46,330 bases of DNA, taken from a virus. The notes under the pieces were generated by a model, which did no database searches, was not told the origin of the DNA, and was given only the letters and a program-made list of their open reading frames with translations. This document shows, one piece after another, positions 45,171-46,330 of this stretch. Both the position numbers and the translations under genes were made by a program. Location: the IMG/VR virus record IMGVR_UViG_3300028706_000433, one strand, 5' to 3'. The stretch's first letter is position 1, and each line of letters begins with the position of its first letter.

Positions 45171-46330
45171 ATGCCCTTCAAATCAGATAAACAGAGAAAA
45201 TGGATGTACGCAAACGATCCAGAAATGGCTAAGAAATGGGCAAAGGAAGAAGCTATAAGGGAAAAGTTACGCCGTGTTATAAGACAAGAAATAAAATCCG
45301 TAAATGAACTAAAGAAAATGACACCAATTCAAAAAATTGAAAAATTGGCTAAAGCTAACAAGTATGGTGAAGTTGATGGTATGCGTTTGAACGGTAAAAC
45401 AGCTAAAACAATAATGAAAGTTTACAATCATCCAAAGATTAAACCATTTCATCGTAAACTTGATGGTTTTAGATCTGATGAAATAATAGATGTATTGTTA
45501 AATTTAACTAAAGTTCTTGGTATAAAAGAAGAACGAGATTATAAAGCAGAATACAAGAAATATGGTTCATCTCCGAAAGCAAAAAAATATAGAGCAGAAT
45601 TAAATCAGTATAACAGAAAAAAAGGAACTTACGGTAATGGTGATGGTAAGGACGCATCACATAAGGGAGGAAAAATTATGGGATTTGAAAAAGAATCTAC
45701 AAATAGAGGTAGAGCAGAAAAAAGTCGTTTGAAAAAAGAAACGGCAAATGAAGGTTCATTCAAAACAACACTTCGCCCACAAAAAAAAGATATTAATAAA
45801 ATGAAAGTAAGATTTAAGAGTGACCCTCGTAGAGTATATACTTTGAAAAGTGTTAAAACTGGTCGTGTTGGGGGAACAAGTTATATGTTTGCTGCACCAG
45901 GTAATAGAAAAGAACATTTTACACCAAAAACTTGGGATTTAGCTAATAAAAAAGGATGGTTATCACTTGAATCTGTGAAAGAAGGAGTTTCTACTATATT
46001 AATTAAGAAAGCAGTAGATATAGCTAAAAAGATGAGTGGTAATATGACAGGGGCTGTTAAGAAAATTGAAAAAATTAAAAAAGGTTTATCTTTAAATTCT
46101 ACAGTAAAAGTGGCACTTCGAAACGCAAATGAATCCGTAAATGAAGGAAACTTAAAATATGTAATTCAATATAAGAAGGATAAAAATAGATATTTAAGTA
46201 ATAAATCCAGAGATGTTAAAAAAGTAAAAGACGCATTACAATTTAAATCTGAAAAGGACGCAAAAAATCAATTAAATGGATTGGATTGGCAATTCAGAGG
46301 AAATTATAAGATTGTTAAGTTAAAAGAATC
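45171..46330 (+). CDS. Lys-rich modular polyprotein, 3'-truncated (absent from the ORF track because no stop lies in the window)
   Basis: Manual translation from ATG 45171 (MPFKSDKQRKWMYANDPEMAKKW...) is open to the window end. Modules are separated by KSVNE, IKEE, TANE, ESVKE and ESVNE; HNH-like module at 45534-45752. Confidence 0.75.
   Translation, partial: MPFKSDKQRKWMYANDPEMAKKWAKEEAIREKLRRVIRQEIKSVNELKKMTPIQKIEKLAKANKYGEVDGMRLNGKTAKTIMKVYNHPKIKPFHRKLDGFRSDEIIDVLLNLTKVLGIKEERDYKAEYKKYGSSPKAKKYRAELNQYNRKKGTYGNGDGKDASHKGGKIMGFEKESTNRGRAEKSRLKKETANEGSFKTTLRPQKKDINKMKVRFKSDPRRVYTLKSVKTGRVGGTSYMFAAPGNRKEHFTPKTWDLANKKGWLSLESVKEGVSTILIKKAVDIAKKMSGNMTGAVKKIEKIKKGLSLNSTVKVALRNANESVNEGNLKYVIQYKKDKNRYLSNKSRDVKKVKDALQFKSEKDAKNQLNGLDWQFRGNYKIVKLKE

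Noticed and set aside
44257-46145. CRISPR array or DGR template/variable repeat pair
   Set aside because: The repeats are in-frame coding segments without regular spacers; mismatches are few and not confined to adenines; no cas or reverse transcriptase gene is in the window.
1-46330. Stop-codon reassignment, selenocysteine or programmed frameshifts
   Set aside because: Genes are full-length under the standard code, and TAA, TGA and TAG all fall at natural gene ends with overlapping downstream starts.
1-46330. tRNA, rRNA, transposase or integrase genes
   Set aside because: No intergenic space or sequence signatures for these were seen; tRNAscan was not run.

Overview
AT-rich (about 30% GC by eye, not computed), gene-dense window. 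All credible genes are on the + strand and mostly joined by ATGA/TAATG overlaps, with GGAG-type Shine-Dalgarno motifs and no cellular housekeeping genes. This is best read as part of a large tailed dsDNA phage genome (inference). Positions 1-43.2 kb form a very large glycan-building and tailoring locus. It holds 3 GT7 (beta-4-galactosyltransferase-like) enzymes with an inserted LamG/ConA-like domain, a GT4-like enzyme, 6 paralogues of an uncharacterised GT-B-like family and 7 radical SAM proteins (4 with an N-terminal twitch domain, 2 B12-binding). It also holds a nucleotide-sugar pathway (GMD-like, RmlC, further SDRs, UDP-glucose-type dehydrogenase, a minimal ThDP E1 alpha/beta pair), 3 2OG-Fe(II) oxygenases, 4 SGNH-like proteins, methyl-, sulfo- and carbamoyl-transferase-like genes, a PLP enzyme and a Hint-domain protein. 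The one long intergenic gap inside the locus (21277-21413) carries a structured leader with mutually exclusive hairpins over the RBS of the GMD-like gene, a riboswitch-like candidate. From 43.26 kb the content switches to modular proteins with repeated MIKLKE(L/I)xxE leaders and ESVNE-like junctions that resemble T4-type capsid-targeting sequences and prohead-protease sites. All functional calls come from motifs read by eye; no database searches or folding programs were run.
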